DNA of 64,000 nt from Rhina ancylostomus (GCA_030265395.1 JARFYF010000104.1:27235429-27299428); one strand, 5' to 3'; numbered from the stretch's first letter, positions 1 to 12,470 are shown. Made by a program: numbers and translations. The notes: generated by a model from the letters alone, not told the origin.

Positions 1-2458
1 CCTTTATTGGCATGACCCTTCTCAAATCTTTGTCTGATCTTTACAGTCCTTTCCATTATGAATTGCGGGAGGTAAAATATCTTTTTCAAGCTGCACTGAG
101 AAGCAATCAGTTTCCTTCAAGTTTGTGAAGCATGGAAATAAAAGTTTAATCAGAGAGGGGAGATCTTGCCGTTGTTTGAACTGTTCTCCATTACTAGGAA
201 GGGGATAAACAGTGGAAATGGTGGGAATATTTTCTTAATCCTGGGTCTTAATCTTCAGTAAATCTGGTCCAAAAAGTTTTGGAAAAAAAACTGTTCTTCT
301 CCAAATTTCTACAGAGATATGTGGGAAGCAGACTATTACTACAATACATCATAAATGTAGGTTTTCACCATATTCATTTGCTCCTTCTCTGAAAAAGAGC
401 ACAAATGTAGAGCTTCACCCAGCCCTCAAAATAATTAGTTGTTGACTCTAATTCCCAATTATGCAAAATCACATCTTAAGAAACTATGGAAATTAAGTCT
501 TGTGAACTTTCCATTTCAAATAATATGGACAAATGGATTTAATTCATAATTTTGTGCAGGACTTGCTTGTATTGTTACTTTGAATTAAAGCAATTATTGG
601 TGTTGGGGGAGAAGAAATGATTTAGGTTTAGTACTTTAATAACCTGACTAAAGTAACAGCAATAAGATTTAATACTCAAGAAAGGAAAATAGGAAATGGG
701 AGCACTTAACCTATTTCACTCAGGCCTCATGGGAAGTCATTAGCTGATTCATTGGTTAATAACAGCAGCCGATTTACATAAAAGGAATCTGTTCATATAC
801 ACGTGGACAAAATATCTTCACTTTCAAAGAGCTGACTATTTTTGTTTAACCCAAACTCATGTTTGGAAAAGAAAACTGGTTTTAGAAGTCAAAAATTAAT
901 GAATAACCTTAATTGATTTTTAATGAAGATAGTGAATGATTTGCTTTCCTTTTGACAGTGTGTGTGACAAATGAGTCGAATATCTCAGTGTTTATGGTAT
1001 GTAAGAAGGACTGAATTCTGGTGAGGACTCTTCAGAATAGGTAATGATAATTTTAAATAACATATCCATGTTGGTATGTGCTGGGTGCTGCAGAAGGCTG
1101 GAAATTGCCACATAAATATTGAGATATTGCCAATCTAATGGTCAATGAAATAGATAGCAATGTGGAGAAATAGCCAGTGAAGGCAGGCAGCATTCATTTC
1201 AAAGGCATTTTGCTCTGGGAAATATGGATTGTAAAATTCTGTCCAGCCTGAGAATTGTCATTTACTAAAGAAGGACTGCTTGCTTGAATCAAGAGCCCAA
1301 GGCTGCAGTTATATTTAACGGGGCGATGTCACACTTCTGTAGCTGCTCAACCTCATCATATCTCACAGGACCCAATGTTCTCCCATATTTCACATTTGAA
1401 TAGCCAATTCTAAGCTGCTCCTGACCAATCTGCAATAATGACCATTGGAAATTTTGTCAACTGAACATTTCCATTCTTGTGAAACCAAATTTACTTTATT
1501 TGCACCCACATTCAATTTGTAAAGTAGTTTGAAGGTATAATTTCTGTATAACTTAAGAATTTACATGTGCAGTGCACTGGGTATGAAACTAGAGACCATA
1601 TCTGATGCTGCTGATCTTTTCCCCTACGCATTTTTGTGCTTTACTGAACGGCCTCTAACAGTTGTCAAGTATTTGACTGTTGGAAGTGATTTAACTTATT
1701 TAAGAACACATGATCATTTCTCCTGGTCTAAAGNNNNNNNNNNTCTAAAGCAGAATACCACTCGGCTTCCTCATCCACTGCTGAGATGCTGCTTGGGCCA
1801 TTATTGATGATATAAACATCATCCTTCCCAAACAACGTTGGTTTAGAGTAGTAACAACACATGGAGTTCATCTGGAGAATTTTCTTTTGCCCTCTCCTCC
1901 CTCCTGTGGCAACTCATCTGCAATCTGAGACCATTTTTCAGAACAATTCAGTAGGTGTCTGGGATATCTTGACTCTGAAGACCATCGCACATGTCTGTAA
2001 GGTCCCAGCAGGGTCTCTGGAGTGTGAAAGAAGCATGACTCCCAACTGATTTTTCATTTCCCTCCTACCAACAATACACCTCTCTACCACAATATTTTGT
2101 GTGATCTATTGCAATGTGACACATTTTATTACCAACTAAACCATTAAGCAGTTCATGGTTCCATTTTGATCTAGTGATCTATGGAAGGAAACAAATACAA
2201 ACAAATAAGGTGGAGTAAAGAATGTTAGACATTGAGGCCCAGTAATGTCACCTTTGGAGCAACATCAAAACTACACTTGCAAAAGTTTCTTTTGATTGGT
2301 ATTTCTTTTAAAAATACAAATGCATGTCTTTTGGAAATCCAAAAAAAAGTTTTCACACTTCTTTAAAAATCCCTCTGATAAAAACTTGGTAACCACTTAA
2401 AGAAAGTAAATCCAGAATTGCCACGGCTTAGGCAAATCATCTGAATCTCCTTGTCATT

Positions 2459-2820
2459 TAGAACATAGAACAGTACAGCACAGTACAGGCCCTTTGGTTC
2501 ATGATGTTGTGCCGACCTTTTATCCTGCTCTAATATCTATCTAACCCTTCCCTCCCATATAGCCCTCCATTTTTCTGTCATTCATGCGCCTACCTAAGAG
2601 TCTCTTAAATGTCCCTAATATATCTGCTCCCACAACCTCTGATGGCAGTGCATTCCATGCACCCACTACTCTCTGTGTAAAAAACTTACCTCTGACATCC
2701 CCCTTATACCTTCCTCCAATCACCTTAAAGTTCTGCCCCCTCATGTTAGCTATTTTCGCTTTGGGAAAAAGTTTCTGACCATCCGCTCAATCTATGCCTA
2801 TTATCATCTTGTACACTTCA
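2459..2820 (-). mobile_element. CR1 LINE 3' end (ORF2 C-terminus plus 3' tail)
   Basis: ORF 2541..2744(-) FKVIGGRYKGDVRGKFFTQRVVGAWNALPSEVV is the typical CR1 ORF2 C-terminus; + strand TAGAACATAGAACAGTACAGCACAG is the reverse complement of a CR1 tail. Confidence 0.9.
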
Positions 2821-2845
2821 TCTTGAAGAATTCAGATTACTCAGA

Positions 2846-3325
2846 TTGGTCGACAGCTTCAACTTCTTTGGCATCCACATCACCANNNNNNNNNNNNNNN
2901 NNNNNNNNNNNNNNNNNNNNNNNNNNNNNNNNNNNNNNNNNNNNNNNNNNNNNNNNNNNNNNNNNNNNNNNNNNNNNNNNNNNNNNNNNNNNNNNNNNNN
3001 NNNNNNNNNNNNNNNNNNNNNNNNNNNNNNNNNNNNNNNNNNNNNNNNNNNNNNNNNNNNNNNNNNNNNNNNNNNNNNNNNNNNNNNNNNNNNNNNNNNN
3101 NNNNNNNNNNNNNNNNNNNNNNNNNNNNNNNNACTGCTATTCCCTTTCCTCCCTTCTACTTTCTCCGTCAGATTTCTGAACAGTCCATGAACACTACCCT
3201 GTTTTTCCTATTTTTTGCACTAATTATTTATCTTTGTAATTTCTCGTCATTTTATACCTTTGCATTGGACTGCTGCTGCAAATTTCACATCATATAAGTC
3301 AGTGAAAACAATCTGATCCTGATTC
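2846..3325 (+). mobile_element. Rex1/Babar-like LINE fragment (interrupted by gap)
   Basis: VDSFNFFGIHIT (cf. VxSFKFLGVHI) before the gap; tail GCTGCTGCAAATTTCACATCATATAAGTCAGTG...CTGATTC after it. Confidence 0.6.
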
Positions 3326-3329
3326 CAAT

Positions 3330-3625
3330 TCTTCAAGCCCGGATGTCCAGACTTAAGAACAGCTTCTTCCCCACCGGTCTCAGACTTCTGAACCACTCAC
3401 CTCTTTCACATTCCCTTCCCAGTGGTGCTGCCACATTCTTAGACTCTTAACTCTACCTCTCTTGGTTATTCCATTATTGTCATTCCATTAGTTAGCATTT
3501 CTTTTTGCACTACTTCAGATTGCACTACAATCTTTGTACTATTCTGCTGTTTTGCACTGATCACTGTATTTATTGTTGTATTTATTATTAACATGTATAC
3601 TGTTTACTCTCTGAATCTGAATTCA
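3330..3625 (+). mobile_element. Rex1/Babar-like LINE 3' end
   Basis: AGACTTAAGAACAGCTTCTTCCCCACC...AGACTTCTGAAC encodes RLKNSFFPT..RLLN; TTGCAC-rich 3' UTR. Confidence 0.6.
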
Positions 3626-3654
3626 CAGTATTCTGAGAAAAGAATCAATTCATA

Positions 3655-3770
3655 TTAGACCATAAGATATAGGAGCAGAATTAGGCCATTCAGCCCATCG
3701 AGTCTGCTCCACCATTCAATCATGGCTCCTGCCTTCTTCTTATAACCCTTAATTTCCCTTAGCAATCAAG
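3655..3770 (-). mobile_element. CR1 LINE 3' tail remnant
   Basis: AGACCATAAGATATAGGAGCAGAATTAGGCCATTCAGCCCATCGAG, reverse complement of a CR1 tail. Confidence 0.7.
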
Positions 3771-5559
3771 GAGATTCCCATTAGAATTCCCATTAGAGAT
3801 CACTCTTCAAAGTCCATTGGTGCTTGTAGTCTACCTACCATGTCAAACATAGGAACTTGTGCATCCCATGATACACCGAGTCTGATAATCTCTTCAGATT
3901 CTTCACTGCCTCTTCTGACGATGGACTGGATGTGGATTACTCAACTGAGGCCATCACCAATCCTCAAGTAAGACCACAAGTGTCATTCTTGGCAAGGAAT
4001 GCAAGTGTCAGAGGTCTTGCATAGCTTCTGTGTAATGAGTGTCACTAAAAACTCCAGGATGGAATTACCTATCTTATATCACAGTATCCAGGGCACTTTG
4101 CTGTGAAGACAACAGAGCCTGCGGCTAACGTTGTCACATGCTACTACGGTCCTGCCCGTTTTAACTGTGCCCCATTTCTGTCAATTCTTCATCTCTCTAT
4201 AAATCTTTGAACATCTGTGCATGTGTCCATTAAGATATCTGATGAGAAACAATTATCATAATGCTCTTGTCACTGTGAGTTCATGTTAGATATCCAAGAG
4301 TTTAATAATACTGATAATATTTTGCTACAACCTATGTTAACTTTGTTAAAAATTCACATTTGTGTGAATATGTTTAAAGTATTTGTTCCTCTGGCGACCC
4401 ATGTGGTAAAGCATTCTGAAGCACAGAGGGAAAAGGTTCACCAACACAGGTAAGAACAATACTCTCTGATTCACTTTTATTTACTGCCCATGCTCTCATA
4501 CTGCCCAATTCCACCATTCAAACCACTGCTTCAAAGAGTAAAGGTGCTATGACGGTTATAACTTTCTCCAGACACAAGCTTTTAAATTATACAAAAGACT
4601 TGGAGTCAGAGATCAGTCTCAAAGAGTCCAAATCCCTCACATTCAGTTAGAGACAATACCAACAAATGGTTATAGATAACATTAACATAGTAAATTGGAT
4701 GTGATCCTTTTATTAGAAGGTAGTTTCAAAAAGAACTTGGTTGAAAGGGGCAAATGATCAGGACAAAAGAAAGTATTTTCCCCAATGTCTATGTAGAATG
4801 CAAGTGCAATATTGACTCCCTCATGTAAGAAGGAACAGTGTCGAACATCTGCTCAGTACCACAAACTGTTCAACCAACATTGTGAACTGCAATGTTGAAG
4901 TAAAATCTTGGTTTACTTAATTATTTTTCAGATTAGAGAAGAATTTAATCAACTTTATTCTTAGGACGTATTTCATATCCAATTATTCATCTATCTCCTG
5001 AGATTAAATCAAGAGGACCTTATTACTTAGTTCCCCTCTTCTTCCTCCACCATTGTCACCAACNNNNNNNNNNGTGTACGGCTGCTGGTGCAGAACAGAT
5101 TTGAGTGGATTAGCCCTGGATAACTACTACATCTGTTGTTGTAGCATTACGAGCTAGCTTCCAGATGAACTAAATACTGCCAGTGGCCAACACCAGTTTC
5201 AAAGATCAAAACTGGGTGATTTCCATAATTCCAGCTTAATTCCCTTTTAATTTAGCAGACAGTACTGTATTACAACAACTTTAAATGCTTTTGGCAAGAT
5301 GGAAATTGAGACAAATTGAGCATAAACCTGTTACACAAAAATATCCTGACTAAAGCGTGGCCAGATGTACATCACAGAATGCATAGTGGATATAGATCTC
5401 ATTTATGGAAATGGAAATCCTATCTGTTTGGACAGGTTAATAAACAGCTGTCCAGTTCAGCCCCCGGGGAGAACAAAACACTGGCAGTTATTTTAGGCAA
5501 GTCAGTTTAGCTATTAATATCTTAAACATTAATAATCTTTCCTTAGTAGTTAATGTGGT

Positions 5560-5727
5560 TGATTGATGGATGATATCATTGACCATGTAGCAGCCATAAT
5601 ACTTGGACAATGATTGATAGTTGATGCTCTATTAGCTTACATGGTTTCATCTCTGCGTAATGATTGACATATGATGCTCTGTGCTCCAGTTGTAATTTAC
5701 ATAGTAAATAGTGATTGACATTCGATG
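5560..5727 (+). promoter_or_regulatory. Phased cluster of four TGATTGAY (PBX-HOX / PBX-MEIS type) motifs; candidate enhancer
   Basis: TGATTGAT at 5560 and 5611, TGATTGAC at 5661 and 5712 (spacing 51, 50, 51), each followed by nnnYGAT; spacers unrelated. Function is inference. Confidence 0.35.
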
Positions 5728-5964
5728 ACACAGACCTTGCCCACTTTATTCCAGCCCTGTATAATGACTTAAATAATGAAACAATATCCCTTTTGTTGGA
5801 TGAAAAGGGACAGATTTAAAAATCAAAGCTGTGTTATCTCTCCCATTATATCTTTGTTTATCTCAGATTTGTGGCCACGTTTCTAGCTACAGCCTGTTAA
5901 CACCAAAGAAAAAGTCTGTTTTTATGCTTGGCATTTAAATCAACAGCAAAGGTTCATTTCTGAA

Positions 5965-6170
5965 GCTAAAGACAAACAGGCTGGGGGAGCTCAGCAGGTC
6001 AAGCAGCATTTGTGGTGGCAAAAAGATCTTGATTGGTCCTGCTGCATGGCCTCAACCTGAAATGTTGACATCCCTTTCCCCCCACAGATGCTGCCTGACC
6101 CGCTAAGCTCCTCCAGCAGTTTGTTTATTTGCTCCAGATTCCAGCATCTGCTGTCTCTTGTGTCTCCATG
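5965..6170 (+). mobile_element. Penelope-like element terminal fragment with a short inverted left part
   Basis: CAGATGCTGCCTGACCCGCTAAGCTCCTCCAGCAG...TTCCAGCATCTGC, with the inverse GGAGCTCAGCAGGTCAAGCAGCAT at 5986-6009; decayed hammerhead 6036-6069; possible degenerate TSD TTCATTT(C/TT)TGAA at 5953-5964 and 6172-6184. Confidence 0.7.
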
Positions 6171-6289
6171 ATTCATTTTTTGAAATCTGGTGCATCATAG
6201 GAAGAAAAATATATAGCAGCAAAAAAAAGAACTATACTTACTTCCTGAAGTCATTGATACAATTCAATCAAATATTTTTGCAGCCCTGA

Positions 6290-7130
6290 AGATACCTGTT
6301 CAGCCCATTGAGATTGTGCTGGCACCTTGAAAAGAGACTTGTGCCAATCCCCTGGTCTTCCCTTGGGATCGAATTGTTTCCCATTTCAAGGATAAAGAAT
6401 TGTCCCCTTTGGAAATTTACCAATGAATTTGATTCCACTATTCTTTTAGACAATGGCAATCCAGGCCATAACATCTTGTGGCGTCAATATATTTTAATCT
6501 CATCTTTCTTCTGGTACATTTACAGAGGTGAAAGTAAGTCTGTACAGGCCAATGTATCAGGAAGAAAGTGTCTGACACAATCAATACAGATGGGTTAAAT
6601 CAACTACGTTGGTCATGTGACCATCCCAGTAAGGATCTTCAGTTGCTTTCACACCAATTATTTTGCTGATTATCTTAAATTTGTTTCTTTTACTCTCTCT
6701 GCACCAAACCAAATCATCGGCATCCTTCCTAAAGTAAGACGCCCAAAACCAGATCCAGTTCTCCAGCTGACACCTGACCAGTGATTCATAAAGGTTTAAA
6801 ATAACTTACTTGTTTTTATCTTTCAGCATTAAAGTCAGGGATCCATGACTTTCACAATCTTTTCAAATTGTTTTGACACCTTGAAGATCTGGGTGCTTCT
6901 CACTGTTCTTTCATTGTAATATTTAGCTTACATTCCATCTTCTTTGCAAAATGTGTCACTTCACACGTCTCTGGATTAAATTTCATCTGCTAAAAGCCAT
7001 CTCATCGTTCTGCCTGTGCCTTCCTGAAGTCCTTTTCCCTGTTCACCATATTTGCCAGCTTTGTACCATCTTCAGGTTTTGAAGTTCTTTTATCCAAATC
7101 CAGGTCAATAAATTAATGACAAAAAGATCA
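6290..7130 (-). mobile_element. Old degenerate CR1 LINE fragments
   Basis: CCCAAAACCAGATCCAGTTCTCCAGCTG and ACTTCACACGTCTCTGGATTAAATTTCATCTGC resemble reversed CR1 LE.CVQFW and QMKFNP.KCEV coding motifs. Confidence 0.5.
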
Positions 7131-7919
7131 ATATATCTTCTTGTAATCTGACAACAACAGTTCACCTGTACTCCTGCTTTGTCTCTTAGTCAATGTCAAA
7201 AATGGATTGTCCCTTTAACCCACTGGGGTTTACTATAACAGTCCAATTTATTATACAATACATAACACAACAATACCCTTATTAACCCTTCTGTTACTCA
7301 TTCACAAACCTCTTGTCGTGATACATTGTTGCTATCAGTAATTGTAAAAATTGTGCATTGATTCCAAAGCCCACATTGGTACCACTCATTTTGCAAAGAC
7401 AGTGGAAGCTACTGGTCATCTAGTTTTCTATGGTTTTTAATGCCCTCCCTCCCTCCTCCATAGAAATGTGTTTAGTCTTGACGTGTACTGGTATCTCCTC
7501 GAAGGTCTCCCATTGTTCCCTGGTTGTTTTACCTGCCAGATTTTGTTCCTGATCTAACAGAGTGTTCCTCCATCCCTTGCAAGGGAAGGACAAGGAGTCT
7601 GCATCTCTGGATTAGGACCAGTAGCCAGTACAAGACAGGTGAGTAAGCCCAGGTGGTGTTCATTGGACAGACAGTGTAAACCCTTGCATAATAATATTTT
7701 CCAGGCTGATATTTAGGCCCTTAAATCATCGTCATGGGAGTGGGTGGATGAGGAGTGGCTAAAGATGGGGGCAAGATCCCTGGCCCAATACCAGAAACAG
7801 TTTCTTCATTATTCTGGTTTCTATAAAACCTAAGTCTGTCACCAGGATCTGGGAGCCCACATGCTCGTGGGTAGGTCGGTGACAAAGGTCCCAAACTCAT
7901 GCATTCTTGCTCACTTATT

Positions 7920-9192
7920 TTGACACAGAAGGAGGCCATTTGGTCCACTGTGTCCATGGAGGTTCCCAGCAGTGCAACCCCATCACCCCCATNNNNNNNN
8001 NNNNNNNNNNNNNNNNNNNNNNNNNNNNNNNNNNNNNNNNNNNNNNNNNNNNNNNNNNNNNNNNNNNNNNNNNNNNNNNNNNNNNNNNNNNNNNNNNNNN
8101 NNNNNNNNNNNNNNNNNNNNNNNNNNNNNNNNNNNNNNNNNNNNNNNNNNNNNNNNNNNNNNNNNNNNNNNNNNNNNNNNNNNNNNNNNNNNNNNNNNNN
8201 NNNNNNNNNNNNNNNNNNNNNNNNNNNNNNNNNNNNNNNNNNNNNNNNNNNNNNNNNNNNNNNNNNNNNNNNNNNNNNNNNNNNNNNNNNNNNNNNNNNN
8301 NNNNNNNNNNNNNNNNNNNNNNNNNNNNNNNNNNNNNNNNNNNNNNNNNNNNNNNNNNNNNNNNNNNNNNNNNNNNNNNNNNNNNNNNNNNNNNNNNNNN
8401 NNNNNNNNNNNNNNNNNNNNNNNNNNNNNNNNNNNNNNNNNNNNNNNNNNNNNNNNNNNNNNNNNNNNNNNNNNNNNNNNNNNNNNNNNNNNNNNNNNNN
8501 NNNNNNNNNNNNNNNNNNNNNNNNNNNNNNNNNNNNNNNNNNNNNNNNNNNNNNNNNNNNNNNNNNNNNNNNNNNNNNNNNNNNNNNNNNNNNNNNNNNN
8601 NNNNNNNNNNNNNNNNNNNNNNNNNNNNNNNNNNNNNNNNNNNNNNNNNNNNNNNNNNNNNNNNNNNNNNNNNNNNNNNNNNNNNNNNNNNNNNNNNNNN
8701 NNNNNNNNNNNNNNNNNNNNNNNNNNNNNNNNNNNNNNNNNNNNNNNNNNNNNNNNNNNNNNNNNNNNNNNNNNNNNNNNNNNNNNNNNNNNNNNNNNNN
8801 NNNNNNNNNNNNNNNNNNNNNNNNNNNNNNNNNNNNNNNNNNNNNNNNNNNNNNNNNNNNNNNNNNNNNNNNNNATCATCATCACCCCATCACCCCATCA
8901 CCGTCACCCCATCACCCACCACGCCCCCCCCATCTCATCACTCCTCTTCTTATTTCCCCTTTTCACATGTCTATCAACTGTCCTTTATTTATTTTGCCAC
9001 TACCCACTCCCAGGGTAAGTTGCAGCAGGCAGTCAACCTCCCATCACATCTTTTCAGATGAGGGAGTAAACCTTGGGGAGCCTCACATGGTCAGGGAGAG
9101 AATGTGCAGGCTCCATGCAGACAGAGCCTGAGGTCAGCATGGAACAAAGGGCACTGGAGCTCTGTGGCAGCAGCACTAACTGCTGTGCCACA
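7920..9192 (-). mobile_element. V-SINE (HE1-like) with internal (CCCCATCA)n tandem expansion across a gap
   Basis: V-domain CTCACATGGTCAGGGAGAGAATGTGCAGGCTCCATGCAGACAG and reversed tRNA head ending GCTGTGCCAC; CR1-like tail at 7920-7960; CCCCATCA repeats on both gap flanks. Confidence 0.7.
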
Positions 9193-9663
9193 CAGCTACT
9201 TTATCACTTCAGCAGGGACATTCCTCCTGCATGAATGTCTAGACCATTGTTTCTGAAGATCTGCCACTCCACCTCCTGCTATCCTGCATCCTGAAGTCAT
9301 TCATTTCCTCAACAATAACTCCCCAAACACCCTCCTAACTCAGCTTTACTACCCAGACCACTCCTTGCACTTATTTCATGTGCTGATACAGTTGTATCCT
9401 CAACTATTAAATGTATTAATGGATCAAACAGCAAAACTGTTGCTTAATAGGCTGGTTCATTCACTTCTGTCCCCAGAAGCCTGCTGCTCTTAGCCTATCA
9501 TAAGGCAAATGGTAAATTTGCGAGTGGGGGTGGTGTTTATCTTAACATTCCAAAAAGTGATAANNNNNNNNNNNNNNNNNNNNNNNNNNNNNNNNNNNNN
9601 NNNNNNNNNNNNNNNNNNNNNNNNNNNNNNNNNNNNNNNNNNNNNNNNNNNNNNNNNNNNNNN

Positions 9664-9723
9664 CGGCCTTCAGCAAGATCGGGGGGATCCTGGCCAACGA
9701 GCTGTCGGTGGATGAAGCTGCCC
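9664..9723 (+). CDS. IQGAP: Orphan IQGAP-family coding exon fragment (5' part lost in gap); paralog not resolved
   Basis: Frame from 9666 reads AFSKIGGILANELSVDEAA plus C, then donor GTGAGT at 9724-9729; identical to the recalled IQGAP post-CH-domain motif MPAFSKIGGILANELSVDEAA(L). Confidence 0.85.
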
Positions 9724-10029
9724 GTGAGTGATGCCAGCCCTGGGTTTGACAGCGTGGACGAGTTGGGCCGTGTAACTCTGTGACCAATGTACTGATCCTC
9801 TCTGATGGACCCTGGGGAGGTGGGGGGTAACTGACCCCAGGTTCCGGTCCCCGGGCAGGATGACATGGGGAGAGAATAGCGGCTTTGCTATCCGACCATC
9901 GGGGAGGCTCCGACTCTGCAACTTGGCACAGCGAGAGCTCACAACACTAACCTATGTTTACCGAGCTGCTGCTTTATGTAAAACCATCCCAAGGCTCCTC
10001 ATTGGGAGTGTAAATCAGACAAAACCGGT

Positions 10030-10235
10030 GGAGACATCCAAGGTGGCAGATGCTGGAATCTGGAGCAACAAACAAACTGCAGGAGGAACTCAGCGGGTCA
10101 GTCAGCATCTGTGGGGGGAGAGGAATTCCTGAGACGGTACGTCAGGCCTGAGAGGGGGGAGAGAGCTGGTGTGAAGAAGGGAGGGGAGCAGTGAGACGGG
10201 TGGGTAGGTGACAAGTTGAGGGGAAGTGTAGGGGT
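10030..10235 (-). mobile_element. Penelope-like element 3' terminal fragment
   Basis: CAGATGCTGGAATCTGGAGCAACAAACAAACTGCAGGAGGAACTCAGCGGGTCAG, same family as 5965 and 52232. Confidence 0.7.
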
Positions 10236-10237
10236 TG

Positions 10238-10416
10238 AAGTCAAGGTGAGTTTATTGATATCTGCACAGGTCCATGTGTGCACAGGTGCAATGAAGAACA
10301 CAGCAGCATTACAGGCACACGGCATCAGATTAGCAGCATTCACAAAATATAAATTATACACAATTTTTACAAGGAAGAACATGATTAGAGCATTTTAGTG
10401 CAAAGTGATCAAAGTG
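10238..10416 (-). mobile_element. Rex/Babar-like LINE 3' tail
   Basis: AAGTCAAGGTGAGTTTATTG...GTGCAATGAA...CAGCATTACAGGCAC; related copies at 17462 and 59125, the latter attached to a Rex ORF remnant. Confidence 0.65.
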
Positions 10417-10864
10417 AAGGGGGGTCACAGGGGTTGCAGAGTAGGAGGGGGTTACAGAAGGGAGGTGGTACAGTAAGTCCTGTTTGCCTGGATGGCCTAT
10501 TGGTTTGGAGCATCTGAGGCCAGTGATAGCAGATGACAAGGTAACTGTTTCTGCAGTCACATTATTTGCAGGCGTCTTAATGGTTCCTGGAGTGTTATTC
10601 ACTGGAGGACATAAAATACATTTAATTTGACAATATATTTCTGTCCTTTGTCCATGGGTTAACTACCATAAAGCTGTAAAATGCTCTCACTTCTTGTTCG
10701 ATGATTTGTGGCCATGTTTAAAAAAAGTCTCCATGGCCACAATTCCAGTAAATGCAGAGAATGTGATTTATACAGACAAAACTTCTGTGTTCAAGCCTTC
10801 AGTATAGTATACTAATATTTATCTGTTAACAATGTTGCTAAGTAAAAACAATTAGCAATAAATA

Positions 10865-10975
10865 TTTTGGAGATGTAAGTTTGTGCAAATTGGCTGCTGC
10901 AGTTCCTGTATTACATCTTCAGGAAATACTTAATCAGCTGTAGAACCTTTTGGAATATCCTCGGGTCATGGGAGA
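10865..10975 (+). mobile_element. Deu-domain SINE (SacSINE1-like) 3' fragment
   Basis: TTGTGCAAATTGGCTGCTGCAGTTCCTGTATTACA...TACTTAATCAGCTGTAGAACCTTTTGG. Confidence 0.55.
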
Positions 10976-12224
10976 GACCAAATTCATCCCTTTTATTTTC
11001 TTGAATAAACATAAATAATCATTGCATTTTTGGAAGCCAATTTCCAAGTTACCATCACTTCCCACTTTGAACGAGCACGTGGAGGAAAGATGAACTTTGA
11101 GCTCAGTTGTGAGATTTTTAGGGTTGAACATTCTTCCAACATTCATTACTTTCACCTTTGACATCTACCCTGAAGAGAGAAGGAATCATGAGAAAACAAT
11201 CCTGTCCTATCTCAGTACTGCCGTTCTAATTAATTGTTGGAAATAACCATTACTAAATTAAGTCACCAATTAAATGATTGCTATAACACAGCTTGCTGGT
11301 GTAAACCTGTTACAATGTTCCCAATATTAAAACTACTCAAAATTACTTCCTCCATTGTGAGCTTCTTTTCGATGTCCAGATATCTGGTGGTACTTCATTT
11401 CACAAGCTTTTTTTCCCCATTTCTTTCATCCTTTCCCGATAGACTACAGGAACTAGATCTGGTTTATATAAAGCAGTTTGATTACAAAATAGACATTACA
11501 GTATAAGCCAAATAATTGAATTTATTACTGCTGATGAGACATGGGATTTTATATTTTTTATGGGATTCTATATTTTTTTTCAACATAAACCATGTTAATT
11601 TTCATGTATGACAAAGCAATATAGTTATTCCTATCTTATTCTATTAGAAATGACAGAATGTAATAATTAATTAAATTTTGTACTGGAGTTTACAGCAAAT
11701 ATTCATCGTCAGTCTCAAATCAATTGCGTTGAAGATGAAACATTGATTTTAGAATGTAGAAGCAGAAGAAGGAACTAATATCCACTGTGTATCCATTAAA
11801 GAATTAAATTAGACTAATAGCTGTAATATTTCACTAATGTGAACAAATTCCGGAAACGTTTAGATGGTTGTGAAATAACATTGATCAATTTGAAGCAAGA
11901 GGTTTTCTTATACTCTATTCTTAAATTGCTTGCTATCATTCCACAGTTTGTGTCAATCAGGAGGTGAGGTATTTTACCCCAGTTGGCAGAATTGCAAGGG
12001 TCAACTTTCAACAAAGAATGTTTCTCTGCATTGACTGTAAACTAATGAATCCACTGCTTGCAATGGTGATGTAAACATCCTCAGTAACCATTTTCAAAAG
12101 GGAATTAAATGTATTTGAAATGAGACCATCTACAACATTATGTGAGAAAGAGTAGGAGAGTGGACTGATGGATAACTCTTTCACCAAACTATCAGAACAG
12201 CAACAACAGAAGAGTATTCTTTAA

Positions 12225-12460
12225 TCACACCTTAATGCAACAAAATACTTCTAGGTGCTTCACACAAACATTGAAAAGTAAGATTTGAAACACAAAAAGA
12301 CAGGTATGGTTCGATGATAAAAAGTTTGGACGAAGAGGCCAGTTATAAAGAACACCTCAAAGGCACTGAGATACTGAAATGATAGACTTTTTGAGGAAAT
12401 TCAATGGTTTACGGTTTCTCTGCTGAAGATAGAGATGCCAATGAGTGAGCAAAAGAACAG
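12225..12460 (-). mobile_element. L2 LINE 3' end, degenerate
   Basis: CACACCTTAATGCAACAAAATACTTCTAGGTGCTTCAC...GATAAAAAGTTTGGACGAAGAGG resembles a reversed L2 tail. Confidence 0.45.
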
Positions 12461-12470
12461 AATGACCAAC

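Noticed and set aside
5560-5785. CRISPR-like repeat-spacer array
   Set aside because: Vertebrate context, short degenerate repeats, no cas genes; better read as a motif cluster or decayed minisatellite
7899-9131. Long ORFs of 300-410 aa (also 41554-42273 and 60156-60868)
   Set aside because: Artefacts of reading through N runs
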